This document shows, one piece after another, positions 10,527-22,700 of a stretch of DNA of 64,000 bases. This DNA comes from Eledone cirrhosa. Lineage: Eukaryota. The position numbers were made by a program, and so were the translations under genes. How positions within the stretch are numbered: the first letter of the stretch is position 1; the number at the start of each line of letters is the position of its first letter. The stretch lies in assembly GCA_964016885.1 (NCBI GenBank), contig OZ024741.1:3410001-3474000 (forward strand), read 5' to 3'. The notes below the pieces were generated by a model. It searched no databases and was not told where the DNA came from. It saw only the letters and a program-made list of their open reading frames with translations.

Positions 10527-10873
10527 AGTGAGCGTATTCGGTGTTTAAATTCACAGTAAACAAAAAAATTTTCAGAAAAAATGAGTTGCGCAAAGTGCTA
10601 GAAATAGCAGCCGAAGTTGATGGTCGATGTTGAGAATGCGTTGATCTGGAAGGGTCCAGAGGCCAGCGACCAGAGAAATAAGCATTCTTACTAAATGCGC
10701 GGTTATCAACGGTAAATTTACATTGCAAACTTATAAACCGGCAAAGAGAAGAATATAGCTTAAAATGTTCATTGTAAAGGAAACGAAAAACATATATATA
10801 CATCCAGTGAAATGGTCATGAGAGGTACATTGCAATACAATAAATCAAATAAATAAGAACAGCAAAAACAAAA

Positions 10874-10877
<4 letters not shown>

Positions 10878-10921
<44 letters not shown>
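10878..10921. repeat. (TA)22 microsatellite just downstream of the pol stop
   Basis: Perfect dinucleotide run. Confidence 0.97.
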
Positions 10922-10924
<3 letters not shown>

Positions 10925-10938
10925 CTCCAATGGCCAGT

Positions 10939-13545
10939 TCATATAAAAATAGTTTGGCAGAACTTTTTGGGCCAGTGGACTCTCCGACCGGAACGGGTCG
11001 TAGTCTTGTATGTAGGTGATGGTGGGGCAGAAGGAGCAGGTGTATGCACAATGGTGAAAGATTGGGGTATTTGTGGCTCGGGTGTATGAGCGTCATTGTG
11101 TGCCCTTTTCAGTCTATCCACCGAAATTGTCTCTCTGGACCCCTTAACGTCTACAGTGAAATGTTTGTCAGTGCGTGCTAACACACGGTAGGGTCCAGAG
11201 TATGGTTGTGTGAGGGGTGGTCTCACAGCATCGTTCCTTACGAACACATGGGTCCACGAGGCAATGTCCCTCGGGACCGCATGTTTTACAGTTTGCTTCC
11301 TCGTATCCATCGGCGGCAGGTCCTGTAAATAAGAACGCAGACAGGATGCGTAGGAAAGCGGATCTTGGAAAGCAAGATCAACAGGGGCAAGCATTTTCCC
11401 AGGCAACGCTAGAGGAGCACCGTAAATTAATTCGGCTGGGGAGAACCCAAGGTCCTCCTTTATTGATGACCGAATTCCTAATAACACAATAGGAAGGTAC
11501 TCGCTCCAACGTTGAGAGTCTGGATAGGCGCGAAGAGCGGCCTTTAATTGGCGGTGGAATCGTTCCACCATTCCATTTGAAGCAGGATGATAGGCTGTGG
11601 TCCGAATCCGTTGAGCTCCAATTATTTTTGTGAGCTCAGAGAAGAGATGGGACTCGAATTGTCTACCGCGGTCTGTGGTGAGTGTAGTTGGTACCCCAAA
11701 GCGGGTAATCCACCCTGATACCAGGGCACGTGCTACAGTCTCAGCAGTCATGTCTTGTAAAGGGATGGCCTCAGGCCATCTCGAAAAACGATCGACACAC
11801 GTCAATATGTATGAATATCCACTGCTGAATGGCCAAGGTCCAACGATGTCAATGTGGATGTGTTGAAACCGGGCATCTGGAGTGGTGTAAGTACCAAGTG
11901 GAGTCCGGATGTGTCTATGGATCTTCGATTTCTGGCAAGCGATACAGGAACGGCAAAAAACAGCAATGTCTCGCCTCATATTAGGCCAGAAGAATCTGGC
12001 TGTTATAAGTTTAACTGTGGCAGCCGATCCTGGATGAGAAATGTTGTGCAGAGCCAGGAACACAATTCGACGGTGAGTCTCAGGAACAAGTGGTCGTGGT
12101 GCATCAGTGGATACATCACAAAGGATCTGCCTGTCGGTGGTGGACAAGGGCAGATATTTGAAAATGCAAGTCGCAAATTCAGTGGAAAGAGTGTCCAACG
12201 ATTGGAGTGCAGGTTGGTCTGCAGCTAAACGACCTAAATCGATGTCCTGGGATGACGAGATGGAGCTAATTGGCAAACGAGATAATGCGTCTGCAACTAT
12301 GTTGTGCTTGCCGGCAATGTGCTGGATATCGTTTGTAAATTGTGAAACGTAGTCCAGGTGCCTTGTCTCTCTGGGCGAATATCTGTCGGCTTTGGCCCTC
12401 AAAGCGAAGGTCAACGGTTTGTGGTCGGTAAAAACCGTAAAATTTCTCCCCTCAAGGATATGAGAGAAATGTTTCACCGACAGATATATGGCTAATAATT
12501 CCCGCCCAAACGTGCTATAACGCGTTTCTGTTGGTTTCAACTTCCTCGAGAAAAATGCCAAAGGTTGTTGGCTTTCAGCGTAAGACTGCTGTAAAACTGC
12601 TCCCACAGCGGTATCAGATGCATCAACACAAAGCGAAAGCTTGGCCTCTGGTACCGGGTGGGCTAGCAAAGAAGAACTAGCGAGGGCTGTCTTGGCAGAC
12701 TGGAAGTCCTGAAGCTGTCCTTGTGTCAAGGAAATGTCTTCATTCTTCTTACGACGTTTTTTTTAAATGTCAGTAAGGGAAGATAGCCAATTAGCACAAT
12801 GAGGAATGAAACGCCTATAGAAATTGATTAGGCCTAAGAAGTGACGCAACTGGTGAAGTGTAGTAGGCGGCGGTAACTCCTGTATGGCTTGAACTCGCTC
12901 AGGGAGCGGCCTAATACCTTCGGCGTCGATGAGGTGGCCTAAAAAATGTAGGGAAGTGGAACCGAAAACACACTTTGCAGGATTCACGCGAACGCGGTAA
13001 TCCTGAAGTCGCCGAAGTAAGAGAAGCATGTGGCGCATATGCTCTTCCAGAGAGGAACTAGCGACGAGAATATCGTCTATGTAAGCATAGACGAAGTCCA
13101 GACCACGCGTGACCTCGTCTATGAACCGCTGAAAAGTGCTAGCGGCGTTCCTGAGTCCGAAAGGCATGGTCAAAAATTCGAATGATCCGAAAGGGGTTGT
13201 AATTGCAGTTTTCGGAATATCCTCCTTCCTGACCGGAATTTGGTGGTAGGCTCGCACTAAATCTAGCTTAGAAAAAATCTTACACCCCTGCAGTGAAGAT
13301 GCAAAATCGTGGAGATGGGGAATGGGATACCTATCCGGGACGGTCATGGCATTTAACCTCCTATAATCCCCCGTGGGTCTCCAGTCGCCGGAAGTCTTGG
13401 GCACCATGTGTAACGGTGAAGCCCAAGGACTCGTAGATGGGCGAATAATGCCCAGCTGCAGCATATGGTCGAACTCGGACCGTGCTGCCTTTAATTTTTC
13501 CGTCGGTAAGCGGCGTGGGCGCGAAAACACTGGGGCACCGGTGGT
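10939..13545 (-). pseudogene. pol: Gypsy pol (reverse transcriptase - RNase H - integrase), 5'-truncated, one in-frame TAA at 12763-12765
   Basis: RT: [22 protein letters not shown]. RNase H: [30 protein letters not shown]. Integrase: H-x4-H...C-x2-C zinc finger, D (HIDIVG), D (TTDRG), E (NGMVER), GPY motif; no chromodomain. ORFs 12763-13629 and 10939-12729 are in the same frame, separated by a single stop. The first 28 codons of the upstream ORF are LTR/junction-derived. Confidence 0.96.
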
Positions 13546-13562
13546 GGGCGAGAGAGAGATTT

Positions 13563-13707
13563 CGCGGTTAATCGCTCCTTTTATCTCTGTTGACCGGAAG
13601 TGACCACTAGGGAGTTTGATCAATCCCAATGGGAAGCAACTCCACCTACTTCCTGTCTAGAGAACAGCGATTCGATTGTCGTGGCAGGGGAGGCAACTCT
13701 TACTACA
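13563..13707 (-). repeat. 5' LTR remnant of element 2 (U3-like; about 15 further nt of CT-rich R-like sequence to ~13548)
   Basis: Copy of 9959-10103 with an intact TGTA outer end, fused almost directly to the RT N-terminus. Confidence 0.92.
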
Positions 13708-16700
13708 ACTATATATGTAGGTTGTTGGTGATTTAACATTATATACACACCTGCTAGACTATATATGTAGGTTGTTGATGACTTAACGCTATATACACAC
13801 CTGCTAGACTATATATGTAGGTTATTGATGACTTAACGCTATATACACACTTGCTAGACTATATATGTAGGCTGTTGTTGTCTTAACACTATATACACAC
13901 CTGCTAGACTATATATCTTGGTTGTTGGTGACGTAACGCTATATACACACCTGCTAGACTATATATATAGGTTGTTGGTTATTTAACACAATATACACAC
14001 CTGCTAGTCTATATATGTAGATTGTTGATGACTTAAAACTATATACACACCTGCTAGACTATATATGTAGGTTGTTGAAATTTAACACGATATACACACC
14101 TGCTAGATTATATATGTAGGTTGTTGGTGACTTAACACTATATACACACCTGCTAGACTATATATGTAGGTTGTTGATGAATTAACGCTATATACACACC
14201 TGCTAGACTATATATGTAGGTTGTTGGTGACTTAACACTATATACACACCTGCTAGACTATATATGTAGGTTGTTGGTGACTTAACACTATATACACACC
14301 TGCTAGACTATATATGTAGGTTGTTGGTGACTTAACACTATATACACACCTGCTAGACTATATATGTAGGTTGTTGGTGACTTAACACTATATACACACC
14401 TGCTAAACTATATATGTAGGTTGTTGGTGATTTAACACTATATACACACCTGCTAGACTATATATGTAGGTTGTTGATGACTTAACACTATATATACACC
14501 TGCTAGACTATATATGTAGGTTGTTGGTGACTTAACACTATATACACACCTGCTAGACTATATATGTAGGTTGATGGTGACTTAACACTATATACACACC
14601 TGCTAGACTATATATGTAGGTTGTTGGTGACTTAACACTATATACACACCTGCTAGACTATATATGTAGGTTGTTGGTGACTTAACACTATATACACACC
14701 TGCTAGACTATATATTTACGATGTTGGTGACTTAACGCTATATACACACCTGCTAGACTATATATGTAGGTTGTTGATGTCTTAACACTATATACACACC
14801 TGCTAGACTATATATGTAGGTTGTTGGTGACTTAACATTATATACACACCTGCTAGACTATATATGTAGGTTGTTGGTGACTTAACACTATATACACACC
14901 TGCTAGACTATATATGTAGGTTGATAGTGACTTAACACTATATACACACCTGCTAGACTATATATGTAGGTTGTTGGTGACTTAACACTATATACACACC
15001 TGCTAGACTATATATGTAGGTTGTTGGTGACTTAACATTATATACACACCTGCTAGACTATATATGTAGGTTGATGGTGACTTAACACTATATACACACC
15101 TGCTAGACTATATATGTAGGTTGTTGATGACTTAACACTATATACACACCTGCTAGACTATATATGTAGGTTGTTGGTGATTTAACATTATATACACACC
15201 TGCTAGACTATATATGTAGGTTGTTGGTGACTTAACACTATATACACACCTGCTAGACTATATATTTACGATGTTGGTGACTTAACGCTATATACACACC
15301 TGCTAGACTATATATGTAGGTTGTTGATGTCTTAACACTATATACACACCTGCTAGACTGTATATGTAGGTTGTTGGTGACTTAACACTATATACACATC
15401 TGCTAGACTATATATTTACGATGTTGGTGACTTAACACTATATACACAACTGCTAGACTATATATGTAGGTTGTTGGGGACTTAACACTATATACACATC
15501 TGCTAGACTATATATTTACGATGTTGGTGACTTAACCCTATATACACACCTGCTAGACTATATATGTAGGTTGTTGGTGACTAACGTTATATACACACCT
15601 GCTAGACTATATATGTAGGTTGTTGGTGATTTTACACTATATACACACCTGCCAGACTATATATGTCGGTTTTTGATGACTTAACTCTATATACACACCT
15701 GCTAGACTATATATGTTGGTTGTTGATGACTTAATACTATATACACACCTGCTAGACTATATATGTAGGTTGTTGGTGACTTAACACTATATACACACCT
15801 GCTAGACTATATATGTAGGTTGTAGGTGACTTAACACTATATACACACCTGCTAGACTTTATATGTAGGTTGTTGGTGACTTAACACTATATACACACCT
15901 GCTAGACTATATATGTAGGTTGTTGGTGACTTAACACTATATACACACCTGCTAGACTATATATGTTGGTTGTTGGTGACTTAACACTATATACACACCT
16001 GCTAGACTATATATGTAGGTTGTTGGTGATTTTACACTATATACACACCTGCCAGACTATATATGTAGGTTTTTTATGACTTAAAACTATATACACACCT
16101 GCTAGACTATATATGTTGTTTGTTTATGACTTAACGCTATATACACAACTGCTAGACTATATATGTAGGTTGTTGGTGATATAACGCTATATACATACCT
16201 GCTAGACTATATATATGGAGGTTGTTGTTGACTTAACGCTATATATACACCTGCTGAACTATATATGTAGGTTGTTGATGTCTTAACACTATATACACAC
16301 CTGCTAGACTATATATGTAGGCTGTTGGTGACTTAACACTATATACACACCTGCTAGACTATATGTGTACGATGTTGGTGATTTAACGCTATATACACAC
16401 CTGCTAGACTATATATGTTGGTTGTTGATGACTTAACGCTATGTACACACCTGCTAGACTATATATGTAGGTTGTTGATGACTTAACGCTATATACACAC
16501 ATGCTAGACTATATATGTAGGTTGTTGGTGACTTAACGCTATATACACACCTGCTAGACTATATGTGTACGATGTTGGTGATTTATCGCTATATACACAC
16601 CTGCTAGACTATATATGTTGGTTGTTGATGACTTAACACTATATACACACCTGCTAGACTATATATGTAGGCTGTTGGTGACTTAACGCTATATACACAC

Positions 16701-19700
16701 CTGCTAGACTATATATGTAGGTTGTTGATGACTTAACACTATATACACAACTGCTAGACTATATATGTAGGTTGTTGATGAATTAACGCTATATATACAC
16801 CTGCTCGACTATATATGTAGGATGTTGATGTCTTAACACTATATACACACCTGCTAGACTATATATGTAGGTTGTTGGTGACATAACGCTATATACACAC
16901 CTGCTAGACTATATATGTAGTTTGTTGATGACTTAACGTTATATACACACCTGCTAGATTATATATGTAGACTGTTGGTGATTTAATGCTATATACACAC
17001 TTGCTAAACTATATATGTAGGCTGTTGGTGTCTTAACACTATTTACACACTTGATAGACTATATATGTAGGTTGTTGGTGACTTAACGTTATATACACAC
17101 CTGCTAGACTATATATGTAGATTAGTGATGACTTAACGCATTATACACACCTGCTAGACTATATATGTAGGTTGTTGGTGACTTAACGCTATATACACAA
17201 CTGCTAGACTATATATGTAGGTTGTTGATGACTTAACACTATATAGACACCTGCTAGACTATATATTTACGATGTTGGTGACTTAACACTATATACACAC
17301 CTGCTAGACTATATATGTAGGTTGTTGGTGACTTAACATTATATACACACCTGCTAGACTATATATGTAGGTTGTTGGTGACTTAACACTGTATACACAC
17401 CTGCTAGACTATATATGTACGATGTTGGCGAATAACGTTATATACACACCTGCTAGACTATATATGTAGGTTGTTGGTGATTTTACACTATATACACAAC
17501 TGCTAGACTATATATGTATGTTGTTGGTGACTTATCACTATATACACACCTGCTAGACTATATATGTAGGTTTTTGATGACTTAACGCTATATACACACC
17601 TGCTAGACTATATATGTAAGTTGTTGGTGACTTAACGCTATATACACACCTGGTACACTATATATGTAGGTTGTTGGTGACTTAACACTATATACACACT
17701 TGCTAGACTATATATGTAGGTTGTTGATGACTTAACGCTATATACACACCTGGTAGACTATATATGTAGGTTGTTGGTGATTTAACGCTATATACTCACC
17801 TGCTAGACTATATATGTAGGTTGTTGGTGACTTAACACTATATACACACCTGCTAGACTATATATGTAGGTTGTTGGTGACTTAACACTATATACACACC
17901 TGCTAGACTATATGTGTACGATGTTGGTGATTTAACGCTATATACACACCTGCTAGACTATATATGTTGGTTGTTGATGACTTAACACTATATACACACC
18001 TGCAAGACTATATATGTAGGTTGTTGGTGACTTAACACTATATACACACCTGCTAGACTATATGTGTACGATGTTGGTGATTTAACGCTATATACACACC
18101 TGCTAGACTATATATGTAGGTTGTTGGTGATTTAACGTTATATACACACCTGCTAGACTATATATGTAGGTTGTTGGTGACTTAACACTATATACACACC
18201 TGCTAGACTATATATGTAGGTTGTTGGTGACTTAACACTATATACACACCTGCTAGACTATATATGTAGGTTGTTGGTGACTTAAAACTATATACACACC
18301 TGCTAGACTATATATGTAGGTTGTTGATGACTTAACGCTATATACACACCTGGTAGACTATATATGTAAGTTGTTGGTGATTTAACATAATATACACACC
18401 TGCTAGACTATATATGTAGGTTGTTGGTGACTTAACACTATATACACACCTGCTAGACTATATGTGTACGATGTTGGTGATTTAACGCTATATACACACC
18501 TGCTAGACTATATATGTTTGTTGTTGATGACTTAACACTATATACACACCTGCAAGAGTATATATGTAGGTTGTTGGTGAATTAACACTATATACACACC
18601 TGCTAGACTATATGTGTAGGTTGTTGATGACTTAACACTATATACTCACCTGCTAGACTATATATGTAGGTTGTTGGTGACTTAACACTATATACACACC
18701 TGCTAGACTATATATGTTGGTTGTTGATGACTTAACACTATATACACACCTGCTAGACTATATATGTAGGTTGTTGGTGACTTAACACTATATACACACC
18801 TGCTAGAATATATATGTAGTTTGTTGGTGACTTAACACTATATACACACGTGCTAGACTATATATGTAGGTTGTTGGTGACTTAACACTATATACACACC
18901 TGCTAGACTATATATGTTGGTTGTTGATGACTTAACACTATATACACACCTGCTAGACTATATATGTAGGTTGTTGGTGACTTAACACTATATACACACC
19001 TGCTAGAATATATATGTAGTTTGTTGGTGACATAACACTATATACACACGTGCTAGACTATATATGTAGGTTGTTGGTGACTTAACACTATATACACACC
19101 TGCTAGACTATATATGTTGGTTGTTGATGACTTAACACTATATACACACCTGCTAGACTATATATGTAGGTTGCTGATCACTTAACACTATATACACACC
19201 TGCTAGACTATATATGTTGGTTGTTGACGTCTTAACACTATATACACACCTGCTAGACTATATATGTAGATTGTTGATGACTTAACACTATATACACACC
19301 TGCTAGACTATATATGTCGGTTGTTGGTGACTTAACACTATATACACACCTGCTTGAATATATATGTAGGTTGTTGGTGACTTAACGCTATATACACACC
19401 TGCTAGACTATATATGTAGGTTGTTGGTGACTTAACACTATATACACACCTGCTGGACTATATATGTAGGTTGTTGGTGACTTAACGCTATATACACACC
19501 TGCTAGACTATATATGTAGGTTGTTGGTGATTAACACTATATACACACCTGCTAGACTATATATGTAGGTTGTTGGTGACTTAACACTATATACACACCT
19601 GCTAGACTATATATGTAGGTTGTTGATGTCTTAACACTATATACACACCTGCTAGACTATATATGTAGATTGTTGATGACTTAACACTATATACACACCT

Positions 19701-22700
19701 GCTAGACTATATATGTAGGTTGTTGGTGACTTAACACTATATACACACACCTGCTAGAATATATATGTAGGTTGTTGGTGACTTAACGCTATATACACAC
19801 CTGCTAGACTATATATGTATGTTGTTGGTGACTTAACACTATATACACACCTGCTAGTCTATATATTTAGGTTGTTGGTGACTTAACACTATATACACAC
19901 CTGCTAGACTATATATGTAGGTTTTTTGTGACTTAACACTATATACACCTGCTGTACTATATATGTAGGTTGTTGGTGACTTAACGCTATATACACACCT
20001 GCTAGACTGTATATGTAGGTTGTTGATGACTTAACGCTATATACACACCTGCTAGACTATATATGTAGGTTGTTGGTGACTTAACACTATATACACACCT
20101 GCTAGACTATATATGTAGTTTGAGGGTGACTTAACACTATATACACACCTGCTAGACTATATATGTAGGTTGTTGATGTCTTAAGACTATATACACACCT
20201 GCTAGACTATATATGTAGGTTGTTGGTGCCTTAACTCTATATACACACCTGCTAGACTATATATGTAGGTTGTTGGTGAATTAACGCTATATACACACCT
20301 GCTAGACTATATATGTTGGTTGTTGGTGACTTAACACTATATACACACCTGCTAGACTATATATGTAGGTTGTTGGTGAATTAACGCTATATACACACCT
20401 GCTAGACTATATATGTTGGTTGTTGGTGACTTAACACTATATACACACCTGCTAGACTATATATGTAGGTTGTTGGTGACTTAACACTATATACAACCCT
20501 GCTGGAATATATATGTAGGTTGTTGGTGACTTAACGCTATATACACACCTGCTAGACTATATATGTAGGTTGTTGGTGACTTAACACTATATACACACCT
20601 GCTAGACTATATATGTAGGTTGTTGGTGACTTAACACTATATACACACCTGCTAGACTATATATGTAGGTTGTTGATGTCTTAACACTATATACACACCT
20701 GCTAGACTATATATGTAGATTGTTGATGACTTAACACTATATACACACCTGCTAGACTATATATGTAGGTTGTTGGTGACTTAACACTATATACACACCT
20801 GCTAGAATATATATGTAGGTTGTTGGTGACTTAACGCTATATACACACCTGCTAGTCTATATATTTAGGTTGTTGGTGACTTAACACTATATACACACCT
20901 GCTAGACTATATATGTAGGTTTTGGGTGACTTAACACTATATACACACCTGCTGGAATATATATGTAGGCTGTTGTTGACTTAAAACTATATACACACCT
21001 GCTAGACTATATATGTAGGTTGTTGGTGACTTAACACTATATACACCTGCTGTACTATATATGTAGGTTGTTGGTGACTTAACACTATATACACCTGCTG
21101 TACTATATATGTAGGTTGTTGGTAACTTAACGCTATATACACACCTGCTACACTGTATATGTAGGTTGTTGATGACTTAACTCTATATACACACCTGCTA
21201 GACTATATATGTAGGTTGTTGGTGACTTAACACTATATACACACCTGCTAGACTATATATGTAGGTTGTTGGTGACTTAACACTATATACACACCTGCTA
21301 GACTATATATGTAGGTTGTTGGTGACTTAACACTATATACACACCTGCTAGACTCTATATGTAGGTTGTGGATGAGTTAACGCTATATACACACCTGCTA
21401 GACTATATATGTAGGTTGTTGGTGACTTAACGTTATATACACACCTGCTAGACTATATATGTAGGTTGTTGGTGACTTAACACTATATACACACCTACTA
21501 GACTATATATGTAGGTTGTTGGTGACTTAACACTATATACACACCTGCTAGACTATATATGTAGGTTGTTGGTGACTTAACGCTATATATACACAACTGC
21601 TAGACTATATATGTAGGTTGTTGGTGACTTAACACTATATACACACCTCCTAGACTATATATGTAGATTGTTGATCACTTAACACTATATACACACCTGC
21701 TAGACTATATATGTAGGTTGTTGGTGACTTAACACTATATACACACACCTGCTAGACTATATATGTTGGTTGTTGATGTCTTAACACTATATACACACCT
21801 GCTAGACTATATATGTAGATTGTTGATGACTTAACACTATATACACACCTGCTAGACTATATATGTCGGTTGTTGGTGACTTAACACTATATACACACCT
21901 GCTTGAATATATATGTAGGTTGTTGGTGACTTAACGCTATATACACACCTGCTAGACTATATATGTAGGTTGTTGGTGACTTAACACTATATACACACCT
22001 GCTGGACTATATATGTAGGTTGTTGGTGACTTAACGCTATATACACACCTGCTAGACTATATATGTAGGTTGTTGGTGATTAACACTATATACACACCTG
22101 CTAGACTATATATGTAGGTTGTTGGTGACTTAACACTATATACACACCTGCTAGACTATATATGTAGGTTGTTGATGTCTTAACACTATATACACACCTG
22201 CTAGACTATATATGTAGATTGTTGATGACTTAACACTATATACACACCTGCTAGACTATATATGTAGGTTGTTGGTGACTTAACACTATATACACACACC
22301 TGCTAGAATATATATGTAGGTTGTTGGTGACTTAACGCTATATACACACCTGCTAGACTATATATGTATGTTGTTGGTGACTTAACACTATATACACACC
22401 TGCTAGTCTATATATTTAGGTTGTTGGTGACTTAACACTATATACACACCTGCTAGACTATATATGTAGGTTTTTTGTGACTTAACACTATATACACCTG
22501 CTGTACTATATATGTAGGTTGTTGGTGACTTAACGCTATATACACACCTGCTAGACTGTATATGTAGGTTGTTGATGACTTAACGCTATATACACACCTG
22601 CTAGACTATATATGTAGGTTGTTGGCGACTTAACACTATATACACACCTGCTAGACTATATATGTAGTTTGTTGGTGACTTAACACTATATACACACCTG

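Larger units (their letters stand above)
9955..13707 (-). mobile_element. Internally deleted Ty3/Gypsy LTR retrotransposon, CsRn1/Kabuki-like clade (no gag, protease or PBS)
   Basis: 145-bp direct repeats at both ends, a PPT, and pol in RT-RH-IN order. Flanked by duplicated target sequence ACTA (extendable to ACTATATA), so the left boundary is ambiguous between 9955 and 9959. Clade call comes from recognised motifs ([32 protein letters not shown]-terminal [10 protein letters not shown]) and was not tested by phylogeny. Confidence 0.93.

Noticed and set aside
10845-11096. 83-aa minus-strand ORF with a hydrophobic tail (env-like membrane anchor)
   Set aside because: It is an alternative frame of the integrase end, and the hydrophobic YIYI run is just the translated (TA)n microsatellite.
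12730-12765. Programmed ribosomal frameshift between the two pol ORFs
   Set aside because: Both ORFs are in the same frame (33 nt apart); the break is a stop codon, not a shift.
11217-13603. Five plus-strand ORFs of 76-124 aa
   Set aside because: These are antisense shadows of pol with no independent motifs.
13546-13629. Genuine N-terminus of the 288-aa RT ORF
   Set aside because: These codons are LTR/junction sequence with a TTG start, in frame only because of the deletion joint.
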